The notes under the pieces were generated by a model, which had not been told where the DNA came from, did not search any database, and worked only from the letters and a program-made list of their open reading frames with translations. The position numbers and the translations under genes were made by a program. A stretch of DNA of 33,453 bases, taken from an uncultured bacterium (GTDB lineage Bacteria > Myxococcota_A > Polyangia > Polyangiales > Houyiibacteriaceae). The stretch lies in NCBI GenBank assembly GCA_965369435.1, contig CBDURI010000003.1:1-33453 (forward strand). The letters are read 5' to 3'. This document shows, one piece after another, positions 1-8,600 of this stretch (the first letter of the stretch is position 1; each line of letters starts with the position of its first letter).

Positions 1-136
1 TGGCAGCCTTCTTCTTGCCGGCCTTCTTGGGCGCCGAGCGCTTCTTCGCGGCCTTCTTCACCGTTTTCTTGGATGTGGACTTCTTCGCCGTCCGCTTTTT
101 CTTATTGCTTTTTTTCTTGGTGGCCGCTTTCGCCAT
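1..136 (-). CDS. Lys/Ala-rich histone H1-like N-terminal region; partial CDS running off the left edge
   Basis: Manual translation from ATG at 136: MAKAATKKKSNKKKRTAKKSTSKKTVKKAAKKRSAPKKAGKKKAA..., with no stop before the edge. GGAG lies about 6 nt upstream and a TATACT -10 is at 164-169. Absent from the ORF track because it has no stop in the window. Confidence 0.75.
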   Translation of the reverse strand, partial: MAKAATKKKSNKKKRTAKKSTSKKTVKKAAKKRSAPKKAGKKKAA

Positions 137-163
137 AACACGCTCCATTGTGAGTGAGCGCGC

Positions 164-169
164 AGTATA
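164..169 (-). promoter_or_regulatory. Putative sigma70 -10 element (TATACT) for the Lys-rich gene
   Basis: Reverse complement of agtata at 164-169, 27 nt upstream of the ATG, followed by a GC-rich stretch and an SD-containing leader. Confidence 0.5.
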
Positions 170-189
170 GACAGGCGAGACGTTTTGCG

Positions 190-228
190 AACAAGAAAAC
201 GCCTGCGCGGTCATCCCGCGCGCTGGCG
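190..228 (-). terminator. Rho-independent terminator of the rplU-rpmA-nucleotidase unit
   Basis: Minus strand reads CGCC-AGC-GCGCGG-GATGA-CCGCGC-A-GGCG followed by TTTTCTTGTT, about 20 nt after the stop at 250. Confidence 0.65.
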
Positions 229-249
229 CCCGGCCGCCCCGCCCCAGTT

Positions 250-1737
250 TCAGGCCCCCGGCGAACTGCCGGACTCGTGCGGCATGCGGTGCATCGGGCT
301 CTGGAAGTAGTGCATGGGCGAGTACTGCGCGAGATTCGTCGCGCGAGACGTGTAGAGCCCGGCGTATTGCTCGACTTGATGGCCGAAGCTCGAAACCTCG
401 CTGCCCGCCTTGAAAACCGAACCCCAAAAGGGGTGGAACGCTTCGTCGAGGGTGTCCTGCAACGCCGAATGCTCGGCGTCCAGATCCTTGAGCTGCGCCC
501 GCAATCGGTCGATCGAGCGCCTGTGACGGACGCGTTTCGCATCCAGCGTGGCCTTCTCGGGGCCCGATTCGTGGTCGTGGAGCTTGCGTTCGACGCTCTT
601 GAGACGCGCCTGATGTTCGCGCAGCTCGTCCTGCACCGCGCCGCGCATCTGCTCGAGCGAGTCCGCGCGCTCGAAATTGAGAGCGTGCTCGCGAAGCACT
701 CGGAGCTCACCGTCCATCTCCTGGATGATCATGGCGGTCCGCCAGGTGGACTCTTTCTTGGCTCGAAGCACGTCGCCGTAGATGTGATCGCCCACGTAGA
801 GGACCTCATCGCCGGCGAAGCCCAGGGCCCGCTGAAGGTCAGCGATGTTGCCCCCGGTGTAGACGCGGCCCCGCTTGGGCTTCCGGGTCTTTTCCTGCGC
901 TTCGACATCGACGAAGGGCGCCTTCTCCGTAAAAAAACTCGGCTTCTTGGAAGCGGAGCAGATGTAGTCGAAGTAGTTCTTCCAACTCGGATACTCCTCA
1001 AGCGCCTGATCGAGGAGATACGACATCATGGCCTCGGTGTAGTCGGGTCCCGAGTTCGTTACGAGAAAGAGCCGTTTGCCGGCACTCCGCAGCTTGTGGA
1101 GCAGCACCCCGAGACCGGGATCGCGGTCGACATACCGGGGCAGGTCGTCGAGCACGGGGTCGAGAATCGAGCCGTCCTGATGAGAGAGGTCGGCACACTC
1201 CCGAATGTCAGAAAACAGCTGCCCATAGTCGAGCGCGCCTCCAGACGCCTCGAGATGCTCGACGACCGCCGCGTAGACCGCCACCTCGGACAGCCCGTAC
1301 AAGGTATCGACCCAGTGGTAGCGCTCCGTGCCCGGACGGAGTCGCCGGGTGTGATACGCCCGCCGGCGCTCTTCGCGCGTGAGCTTACGAAACCCGTGGA
1401 ACGCGGTCTTTACGTACCGATGGCTGTCCATCTTGAGCACGTTGCCGAGCTTGCGGTCGATGAGCAGGCCTCTTATTGGGAAGTCGGTCCGGTACTTCAT
1501 CGACAGGAGCTCCTCGGAGTAGCCCCGCTTGACCAGCTTGCTGACGGTCGCCTCGATGCTCAGCCGATCCATCTCGGCCTGGCGATAGATCGCGAGCGTG
1601 TAGTCCATGTCGAAGCCGACAGCCTTGACTTGGTCGAGCCTCAGGTTGCGGTTGCAATAGACCCTGCGCCCAGCGGGAGGAGGGAAGACGCTCCCTGCGG
1701 GGGAGTCAAACTCGGGCGCGGGGAAACGCTCCTGCAA
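250..1737 (-). CDS. HAD-IG family (cN-II-like) 5'-nucleotidase
   Basis: Motifs VYCNRNLRL, GFDMDYTLAIY (HAD motif I), LFLVTNS, KKPSFF, YVGDHIYGDV, WRTAMIIQE and YAGLYTSR. TTG start with SD GAGGAG overlapping the rpmA stop. Confidence 0.93.
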   Translation of the reverse strand: MQERFPAPEFDSPAGSVFPPPAGRRVYCNRNLRLDQVKAVGFDMDYTLAIYRQAEMDRLSIEATVSKLVKRGYSEELLSMKYRTDFPIRGLLIDRKLGNVLKMDSHRYVKTAFHGFRKLTREERRRAYHTRRLRPGTERYHWVDTLYGLSEVAVYAAVVEHLEASGGALDYGQLFSDIRECADLSHQDGSILDPVLDDLPRYVDRDPGLGVLLHKLRSAGKRLFLVTNSGPDYTEAMMSYLLDQALEEYPSWKNYFDYICSASKKPSFFTEKAPFVDVEAQEKTRKPKRGRVYTGGNIADLQRALGFAGDEVLYVGDHIYGDVLRAKKESTWRTAMIIQEMDGELRVLREHALNFERADSLEQMRGAVQDELREHQARLKSVERKLHDHESGPEKATLDAKRVRHRRSIDRLRAQLKDLDAEHSALQDTLDEAFHPFWGSVFKAGSEVSSFGHQVEQYAGLYTSRATNLAQYSPMHYFQSPMHRMPHESGSSPGA

Positions 1738-1745
1738 GAGGCTCC

Positions 1746-2006
1746 TCAGTTGTCGGCGGGGTAAACGGCGACGCGTTTGCCGGTTCGACCGCGTCGCTCG
1801 AACGTGACGACGCCGTCAATTTTGGCCCAAAGCGTGTAGTCCTTGCCCACGCCGACGTTTGCACCCGGGTGGAACGTCTGGCCAACCTGGCGAACCAGAA
1901 TGCTGCCTGCGGGAACGGTCTGGCCACCGAACACCTTGACGCCACGGTACTGCGGATTGGAATCGCGGCCGTTGCGGGTTGAGCCCTGACCCTTTTTATG
2001 TGCCAT
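1746..2006 (-). CDS. rpmA: 50S ribosomal protein L27
   Basis: [24 protein letters not shown]...GSILVRQ...GKDYTL is the L27 signature; lies downstream of rplU. Confidence 0.98.
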   Translation of the reverse strand: MAHKKGQGSTRNGRDSNPQYRGVKVFGGQTVPAGSILVRQVGQTFHPGANVGVGKDYTLWAKIDGVVTFERRGRTGKRVAVYPADN

Positions 2007-2015
2007 GGCGCTCCC

Positions 2016-2324
2016 TTAGCCCTTCACGCTCTTGATGCGAAGCTCGGTGTATGGCTGCCGGTGACCGCGACGGTTCCGATAGCCCTTGCGGCGCTTCATC
2101 TTGAAGACGATGATTTTCTTGGCGAGGTCCTGGGCAACGATTTCGGCCGTGACTTTGGCGCCACCCACATGGGGCTTGCCCACTTCGACCTTCTCGCCAC
2201 CGACCATCAGGATGTCCGTGAACTCCACGTTGGAGCCGACATCGCCTATGAGTTTTTCGACGCGAATCGTGTCGCCTTCGGCAACTCGATACTGTTTTCC
2301 GCCTGTTTGAATGACCGCGTACAT
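2016..2324 (-). CDS. rplU: 50S ribosomal protein L21
   Basis: MYAVIQTGGKQYRV...KIIVFKMKRRKGYRNRRGHRQPYT is the L21 signature. Confidence 0.98.
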   Translation of the reverse strand: MYAVIQTGGKQYRVAEGDTIRVEKLIGDVGSNVEFTDILMVGGEKVEVGKPHVGGAKVTAEIVAQDLAKKIIVFKMKRRKGYRNRRGHRQPYTELRIKSVKG

Positions 2325-2360
2325 GGTGAATCCGTCTGTCCCTGGGATTCAGGGGCGCGT

Positions 2361-2388
2361 AGTCTAAGGGCTCGCGCCCTCCCTGCAA
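2361..2388 (-). promoter_or_regulatory. Putative sigma70 promoter of rplU-rpmA
   Basis: TTGCAG (2383-2388), 16 nt spacer, TAGACT (2361-2366), then a GC-rich discriminator ACGCGCCCC, as is typical of stringently controlled promoters. Confidence 0.55.
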
Positions 2389-2443
2389 GCCAAAACCGAG
2401 GCCCCGGAAAATCGAGGCAGCATCGCATGCCAACCCGCTAGAA

Positions 2444-3748
2444 TCACGGAGTAAATTGCCCTTCAGGAGCGGGCCGAGCAAGGGTCGGACGCCGTGGATC
2501 GAGGATCAGGGCGAGGCCGACGACCGCGTACTCCAAAATCTGCACCCAAAGCGGCAGGTCCCAGACACCTTCGGCGACCCAGCGGTCGAGCGGCGCATAG
2601 GCGCAAAGGATCGCGGCACTCCAGACCAGGCCAGCCGAGCCCCCGGCGGCAACCTCCAGCGGAAGAAGCCATGCGAGATACCAGGGGTGGACCTGCGGCG
2701 ACAAGAGCAGCACCGCCCAGACGAGCGCACGGATGGCCGTCCATGGGGGGACGCGACGGTAGACGACCAGAGCGCATAAGCCGAGCAAGAGGGCCGCAAC
2801 GATGGAACGCGCGACGAGCGGAGCAAGATTTGGATCGAAGAGCGCGTAGCTAAGCCGATCGACCAATGCGAACGCGCTTTCGTTGCCACGCCAACGCGCT
2901 GCGAACTGTCCTGCACCCGAGGCCGGGTCCACCAGCGCACGCGACCAAACGAGAGGCACGAGCAAGAGGGCCGAGCCGAATCCGGCCGCGATCAACACGC
3001 GAGGCCGCCGCACGAAAAGCGGGATCACGACCAGCCCCACGACTTTGAGCCCGACGGCCGCGCATGCCGCGAGGCCGGCTTGCGCGAATCGTTGCCGCGA
3101 AAGGGCCCACGCCGCCACGAGGAGCAAGACGCCGCACAAGATATCGAAGTGGCCATTGAGCGCCGCCTCGCTGAGCAACAGCGGGTTGAGAGCAATCGCT
3201 AGCGAGGCTTTCCGCTCGGTACACGCCCGTGCCACCAAGGCAACCGAGAGCGCGTGGGCGAGAAGCGCGAGCAACTTGAGCGTCCAGACCTCCCCTCCCA
3301 GCCACTGGGCGATGACGAAGATGAGCTGCGAAAGTGGGGGGTAGATGCTGGTGAGGGGCTTGTTGTTGATGTTCGCCCACAGGCCGTCGCGTAGGTGCGC
3401 CGCCGCAGGATCGTCCGGAGCGAGCTGGTAGGGGTTGAGCCCTTCGAGCCAGAGCCGACCCTCCCAAAGATAGCGGTACAGGTCGTCGGACAACAGAGGC
3501 GGGGCGAAGAGCAACAAGGCACCGAAGAGCAACGCCGAGGCGAGCGCGATCCGGTCGAGGGCTCGCTTGCTCGATGCAGCACGCGAGAACACGAGAGCGC
3601 CCGCATAGGGCACGAAGCACAGCGCCAAGCCAACGACCACTGTGGACGGCGACCCACCGGACCGCGCCGTGAGCGCAACCCCGCCGACAATGCATGCTTG
3701 TAGCGCCAAGCTCAGAGCAAAGCGTGCGCCGTCCCGGCGGGCGGTCAT
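2444..3748 (-). CDS. Polytopic GT-C-fold membrane glycosyltransferase (DUF2029/GT87-like)
   Basis: Many hydrophobic helices; LSDDLYRYLWEG, NPY..AP, TSIYPP, LNPL...E...NGHFD, GLK and VHPWY motifs. Confidence 0.75.
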   Translation of the reverse strand: MTARRDGARFALSLALQACIVGGVALTARSGGSPSTVVVGLALCFVPYAGALVFSRAASSKRALDRIALASALLFGALLLFAPPLLSDDLYRYLWEGRLWLEGLNPYQLAPDDPAAAHLRDGLWANINNKPLTSIYPPLSQLIFVIAQWLGGEVWTLKLLALLAHALSVALVARACTERKASLAIALNPLLLSEAALNGHFDILCGVLLLVAAWALSRQRFAQAGLAACAAVGLKVVGLVVIPLFVRRPRVLIAAGFGSALLLVPLVWSRALVDPASGAGQFAARWRGNESAFALVDRLSYALFDPNLAPLVARSIVAALLLGLCALVVYRRVPPWTAIRALVWAVLLLSPQVHPWYLAWLLPLEVAAGGSAGLVWSAAILCAYAPLDRWVAEGVWDLPLWVQILEYAVVGLALILDPRRPTLARPAPEGQFTP

Positions 3749-4386
3749 TGGATGACGAACCGAACGACGCGGATCCGCTCTCCAGGCACCAAGCTATGGC
3801 GGTATTGACCCGCGATTCGACGCCCGACAGCAACCGAAACCGTCACGTCGGTGGGCCCGCCGCCGCTGATACACTCACCCCAATAGTGCAGCTCGACTTC
3901 GTAGATTCCGTCGGTCGGCCGTGTACCTACCCACCGAACGTTTTCGATCCGCGGATTCGGCATGTCGCCAGCGCAGTCGCCTCGCCCTGAGTGATCCACT
4001 CGTGCACCAAAGGGCGTCGCCGGCCGCTGAAAGCTCAGTGTGTCGCCGAGCGGCCCCGTCACGTAGAGGTCGATGTCCGCGCCGGTGTCCCACGAAGCGG
4101 TGACCTGCATGAGGCCGGTCCCGTATCCACAGCCGTCGTCGATCACCCCGTCACAGTCGTCGTCCAGCGCATTGCAGGATTCTTCCACTGGATTGGCGCA
4201 ATCGCGGGGGATTAGTTCCGCCGTCGCGATGGGTACGATCGACACCAGCACCGGAGCTTCGACGAGGCTCGGCAGGTCGTCCGTCTCGGAGACTTCGCGA
4301 GCCGTCTCGCCCGTAGGCCCGTCGACGCCCCTACCGGCACACGCGAGCAACAGCATCAAACAGGCGATGGCTACTCGTCTCGTCAT
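3745..4386 (-). CDS. Lipoprotein with a Cys/Asp metal-binding repeat (MopE-like) and a YfaP/DUF2135-like domain
   Basis: Start reassigned to ATG 4386 (MTRRVAIACLMLLLAC lipobox); ESCNALDDDCDGVIDDGC; VTASWDTGADIDLYVTGP...ENV.W...GIY.VELHYW. The upstream part of the 446-aa ORF is antisense to punA. Confidence 0.75.
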   Translation of the reverse strand: MTRRVAIACLMLLLACAGRGVDGPTGETAREVSETDDLPSLVEAPVLVSIVPIATAELIPRDCANPVEESCNALDDDCDGVIDDGCGYGTGLMQVTASWDTGADIDLYVTGPLGDTLSFQRPATPFGARVDHSGRGDCAGDMPNPRIENVRWVGTRPTDGIYEVELHYWGECISGGGPTDVTVSVAVGRRIAGQYRHSLVPGERIRVVRFVIQ

Positions 4387-4395
4387 CCGGCAGGC

Positions 4396-4419
4396 ACTAT
4401 AGCCGAGGTAGCGTACAAT
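4396..4419. promoter_or_regulatory. Back-to-back -10 elements of divergent near-leaderless promoters
   Basis: TATAGT on the minus strand (4396-4401) and TACAAT on the plus strand (4414-4419), each 9 nt from its ATG (4386 and 4429). Confidence 0.6.
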
Positions 4420-4428
4420 GCGGACGCG

Positions 4429-5238
4429 ATGATGGAGGCACTCAATCAGGCCAAAGAGGCCGTGGCCGATCAGACCGGAACGGTGGACGTCGCCATGGTC
4501 CTCGGATCCGGGCTCGGCGACTACGCGAACGGGTTGGAGGGTGCGCACGCAATCCCGTACGGCGAGATCCCGCACATGCCGCTCTCGAGCGTGGAGGGAC
4601 ACGCGGGCAACCTCGTCACAGGACAAAAGGCGGGCAAGCGCATCGTCGCGATGCAAGGACGCGCCCACTTGTACGAGGGCAACTCGCCGGGCGAAGTCGC
4701 GTTCGGGGTCCGGTTGATGGCCATCCTTGGAGCCCAGACGTTGATCGTGACAAACGCGGCGGGGGGAATTGGGCCGGGGCTCGAGCCCGGTGCCCTGATG
4801 GCGATCACCGACCAACTCAACCTCACCGGAGCGAGTAGCCTGGTCGGCCCAAACGACAAGCAGCAGGGTCCTCGATTTCTCGACATGACCACGGCGTTCG
4901 ACCCAGCACTCATCGAAACTGCGAGCGCTGTTGCGGCTGCGCAGGGGTTCGAGCTCCAACGCGGTGTCTACGCCGGCCTGTTGGGGCCCGCCTACGAAAC
5001 CCCAGCCGAAGTCCAGATGCTCAGGACGCTCGGTGCGGACGCGGTGGGGATGAGCACCGTGCTCGAGGTGCTTGCCGCACGGCACATGGGCCTTCGTGTC
5101 CTAGGCATCTCGTGCATCTCGAACCTCGCTGCCGGGCTCTCGAAGAGCCCGCTGAGCCACGAAGAAGTACAAGAGACCGCCGGCCGTGTTCAGCCGCGCT
5201 TCGAATCGCTGCTTAGCGGTGTCTTGGAGTCGATGTGA
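4429..5238 (+). CDS. punA: Purine-nucleoside phosphorylase (trimeric PNP family)
   Basis: VLGSGLG, GHAG, MQGRAHLYEG, TNAAGG, GPAYETPAE, DAVGMSTV.E and SNLAAG...HEEV motifs. Confidence 0.95.
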   Translation: MMEALNQAKEAVADQTGTVDVAMVLGSGLGDYANGLEGAHAIPYGEIPHMPLSSVEGHAGNLVTGQKAGKRIVAMQGRAHLYEGNSPGEVAFGVRLMAILGAQTLIVTNAAGGIGPGLEPGALMAITDQLNLTGASSLVGPNDKQQGPRFLDMTTAFDPALIETASAVAAAQGFELQRGVYAGLLGPAYETPAEVQMLRTLGADAVGMSTVLEVLAARHMGLRVLGISCISNLAAGLSKSPLSHEEVQETAGRVQPRFESLLSGVLESM

Positions 5239-5636
5239 TGGACGAAAGCGCCTGGGGTGCCTTGCAACGAGCCGCGACGAAGGCGCTCGCGCACGCGTAT
5301 GCTCCCTACTCGGGGTTCGCGGTGGGGGCGGCCATCCAGACCAAGAGCGGCGCGGTCTTCACCGGATGCAATGTCGAGAACGCGAGCTACGGCGCCACGA
5401 TTTGCGCGGAACGCGCGGCGATGGCAGCTGCGGTTGCGGCCGGAGAGCGGGAGCTCGTGGCGCTCGCGATCTCTTCCAAAGCGAAGCGCCCTACTCCGCC
5501 TTGCGGGATCTGCCGGCAATGCCTGGCCGAGCTCGCACCGAGCCTTTCGATACGGAGCTACGCGGGCAGCACCCACGCGCAGTACAACCTCTCATCGCTT
5601 CTGCCGGACGCTTTCGGGCCCGATCACCTCGGTTGA
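5238..5636 (+). CDS. cdd: Cytidine deaminase (homotetrameric type)
   Basis: AYAPYSGF.VGAA, GCNVENASYG, CAER, PCGICRQ and LLPDAF motifs. Start overlaps the punA stop (GTG 5235 or ATG 5238). Confidence 0.96.
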   Translation: MDESAWGALQRAATKALAHAYAPYSGFAVGAAIQTKSGAVFTGCNVENASYGATICAERAAMAAAVAAGERELVALAISSKAKRPTPPCGICRQCLAELAPSLSIRSYAGSTHAQYNLSSLLPDAFGPDHLG

Positions 5637-5650
5637 GAGGCTCTCAATCG
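5630..5650. terminator. Hairpin spanning the convergent cdd and TPR-gene stop codons; possible bidirectional terminator or pause
   Basis: CGGTTGAGAG-G-CTCTCAATCG is an inverted repeat with one G-T pair; no U-tract follows. Confidence 0.3.
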
Positions 5651-8600
5651 TAGCCAAGCGCGATCTTACGTAGCTTCGCCTCGACGTCGGCTCGGTCGAG
5701 CGCGTCTGGGCCGGCGTACTCGAGGTAGCGGCCATACTCGACGACGGCTTCCTGACGCTTCTTCTGCCCGTAGTAGATGTCCCCGGTCAGCCGATGGGAG
5801 TCCGCCAACCACGCATTGGGACCGGCCGTTTCCCCTCCTAGAGACGTGGCATGACCTAGCGAATCGAGTGCCTTGGCCTTGTGGCCTTCGTCGAGCTGCA
5901 AGCGCCCCAAGCGGTACCACCAGTACCCACGCTCCGGCGCGGCGGCGACCGCCCTTTCGAAGTCCAGAATCGCTTCCTTCATTTGGCCCAGTTGGTAGTG
6001 GCACTCGCCCATGGCCGCCCATGCTTCCACACGGCTCGGGTTGAGCTCGATGGCCTTGCGCAGGTCACCGAGGGCGTCGCGAACGGTGCCAGCACGAATA
6101 CGAATGCGCGCACGCAGCCAGAACGCATCTCCGAGTGTCGGGTCGAGCTTGAGCGCGGTGTCGAGCTCCCGTAGCGCAGTCGTCATCTCGCTCGATTCGA
6201 GCGCTACCCACGCGACGTACATCCGATAGAGACCGCTGTCGGACTCGAGTCGCGCAGCGCGGAGGAAGTGGCGCCGAGCGTCTTCCGTCTGACCCCGATC
6301 GAGCTCGACACGTCCGAGATAGTGTTCGGCTTCGGCCGAGTACGGCTGAGCCTCGATCACTTCCATGAGCAATTTCTCGCCCTCTTCGAGCTCCCCTGTG
6401 ATGACCAGGACAGCGCCGAGACGCGACTTGAGCGCGGCGTCATTGGGTGCCTCTTCGAGCGCTTCGCGATAGCTGGCGACGGCAGCATCCGTATCGCCGC
6501 GAGCCTCGGCGAGCCGGCCCTTTTCGAGCGCAAGCCCGGGGAACTTCCCGTCCAGCGCCTGGACCTTCTCGAGCTCGACACCCGCCTCTTCGAGCATGCC
6601 ATGGCGGCGGTATGCGACCGCGAGGCCGAACTGGGCGGCAGAGTCTCGAGGCTCCATCTCGAGCGCCTGTACAAACTGTCCGATCGCTTCGTCGATACGG
6701 TTGCGGTCGAGCTCGGCCCAACCCAATAGGCGCCGAACCTCGGCGGTGATCTCGACGTTCCGCTGTGCTTCGACGAGAACCCCGACCGCTTCACCTGGAC
6801 GCTTGGTCGAACGGTAGTGTTGCGCGAGCGCCATGTACGCACGGAAGGATTTGGGGTCGAGCTTGATCGCGCTCCGGAAGTGACTCACCGCGGCCTTGGT
6901 GTCTGCCAAACTGTCGGCCACCATTCCCTGCCAGAGTTCCACGTCTGGGTTCACAGGCTCGGGGGTTCTGAGATCTGCCAACAGCTTCTGAGCGTCTTCC
7001 GCCTTGTCCATGGCGAGGAGCGCTTCGGCGGCGCCAAGCTTGGCGTCGACCACGACCTTCGGTTTGCCAGTCACGTCCATCTCGGCCCCGGGGCGAACCT
7101 CAGACCCGAGCACGGTCTGAAAACGTGCATAGGCGTCTTGGTAGGCGCCCTCGAGCAGAACGAGCCGCGCGGCACCGAGCGCCGCATCCGCATTGCTCGT
7201 GTCGAGCTCGATCCCTTTCTCGTACATCTCGCGAGCCGCGCCCAGACGCCCGCGACGTTCCTCTATGCGAGCGACGAGCGTGAGCGCAGCGGACTTGTCG
7301 GCACGGGCAACCAAAAGCGTGGCGCCTGCCACGGGGACGAGGCCACCGGGGGCCTGAAGAAGCTCATAGGCCTCGTCGAGCTTGCCCTCGTCGACAAGCA
7401 AGCCCGCGACAGCCACACGTGCGCCGGCGTGGTTCTCGCTGAGCTTCTGAGTTGCCCTGGCAGCCGCAGCGGCCTTTTCCTGGTCGCCAAGCACGCGATA
7501 AGCGCGGGCGAGGCCCCACTGCGCGCGCGCACTGTCGTCCTTCTTCATGGCCCTGTCGAACGCGTCGACAGCAGCTTGCCCTTCGCGAGCTCTGAGTGCG
7601 AGCTCACCAACCACCAAGTCCACGTAGAGGTCGGTCGGGTCCTCCTGCGAAGCGAGCGCGATCTCGGAAGTCGCGGTATCGATGTCGGACGTGCGAAGCG
7701 CGTCTGCCGCAAGCGCAACATGGATGCGCGGCGCTTCGTCGCCTCTTCGCCGGAGGTGCAACCGAAGCATGTCGGCAATACCGGCGCTCTCGGCTTCGTG
7801 TCCGTAGCGCGCCTGGTAGTACGACTCATGAAGAAGGCTCCGGGCGACGAGGGAGCGATTGAGGCTCGCTTCGTCGCGCGCCAGCTCGAGCCTAGCGAGG
7901 GCGCGCCGCGTCGCAGTGTACGTATCTGACGAAGCCATCATCTCGGCTTCCTCGACGGCTTGCGCGACCATGACGGCGTCGCCCGATGCGGGGAGAAAGG
8001 GCTCCACGAGGTAAACACCAAAGAGGCCATACTGGGTCGTGCCGAGATAGAAGCCTGCGCCGAGCACGGCCGAGATGGCGGCGATCACGGCCATGGCTTT
8101 CATCAGCCAAGGGGGCCACTGGATCGAAACCGCTTTGAGCTTGGGCTTGGGCTTGACGGCTATATCCGGCCCGGCGCCACCGGGATTCGGCATACGGTGC
8201 ACGCCGTCTTCGGCCTCCCCAGGCAGCTCCGAGAACTCCAGCCCATCCGACTCCGGCAGCTGGAGCTCGGCAGAATCTCGACTGACACGGTCCTGCTTTG
8301 GCGTGTCGCCCGGACCCGCCGCGCCTGGCGCGCCGAGGGCCTGGCTGAGGGGTGGCGGTGGCCCGGGGAGCGGTGCGGGTGCATCGAGCTCCATCTCGAG
8401 ATCGAGATCGCCACCGTCCGGAAGGTCGAGCTCAATGGGCCCAGCGCCGTGGATCCGTTCCGGGCCGTCGATATCGAGACCTTGAAAATCATCGCGAGCA
8501 ACGGGCAGATCTTCGCCCGCGCTCGATATGGGCAACTCGGAGTCGAGCGAGATCGGCTGTGGCACAGCAGAGGGAGCCTTGGGTCTGGGAAGCTCGGCGT

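Noticed and set aside
154-1764. 536-aa plus-strand ORF, and similar long antisense ORFs such as 6817-7929, 10256-11242 and 17803-19059
   Set aside because: They are antisense shadows of well-supported genes, expected in high-GC DNA, and show no recognisable motifs.
4387-5085. N-terminal 232 aa of the 446-aa ORF 3745..5085
   Set aside because: It overlaps punA on the opposite strand; the lipoprotein signal begins at ATG 4386.
5644-5680. TPR protein C-terminus KLRKIALGYD resembling the LRALGY tail of NPP2
   Set aside because: The spacing differs from LxxLGY and a short chance match is likely.
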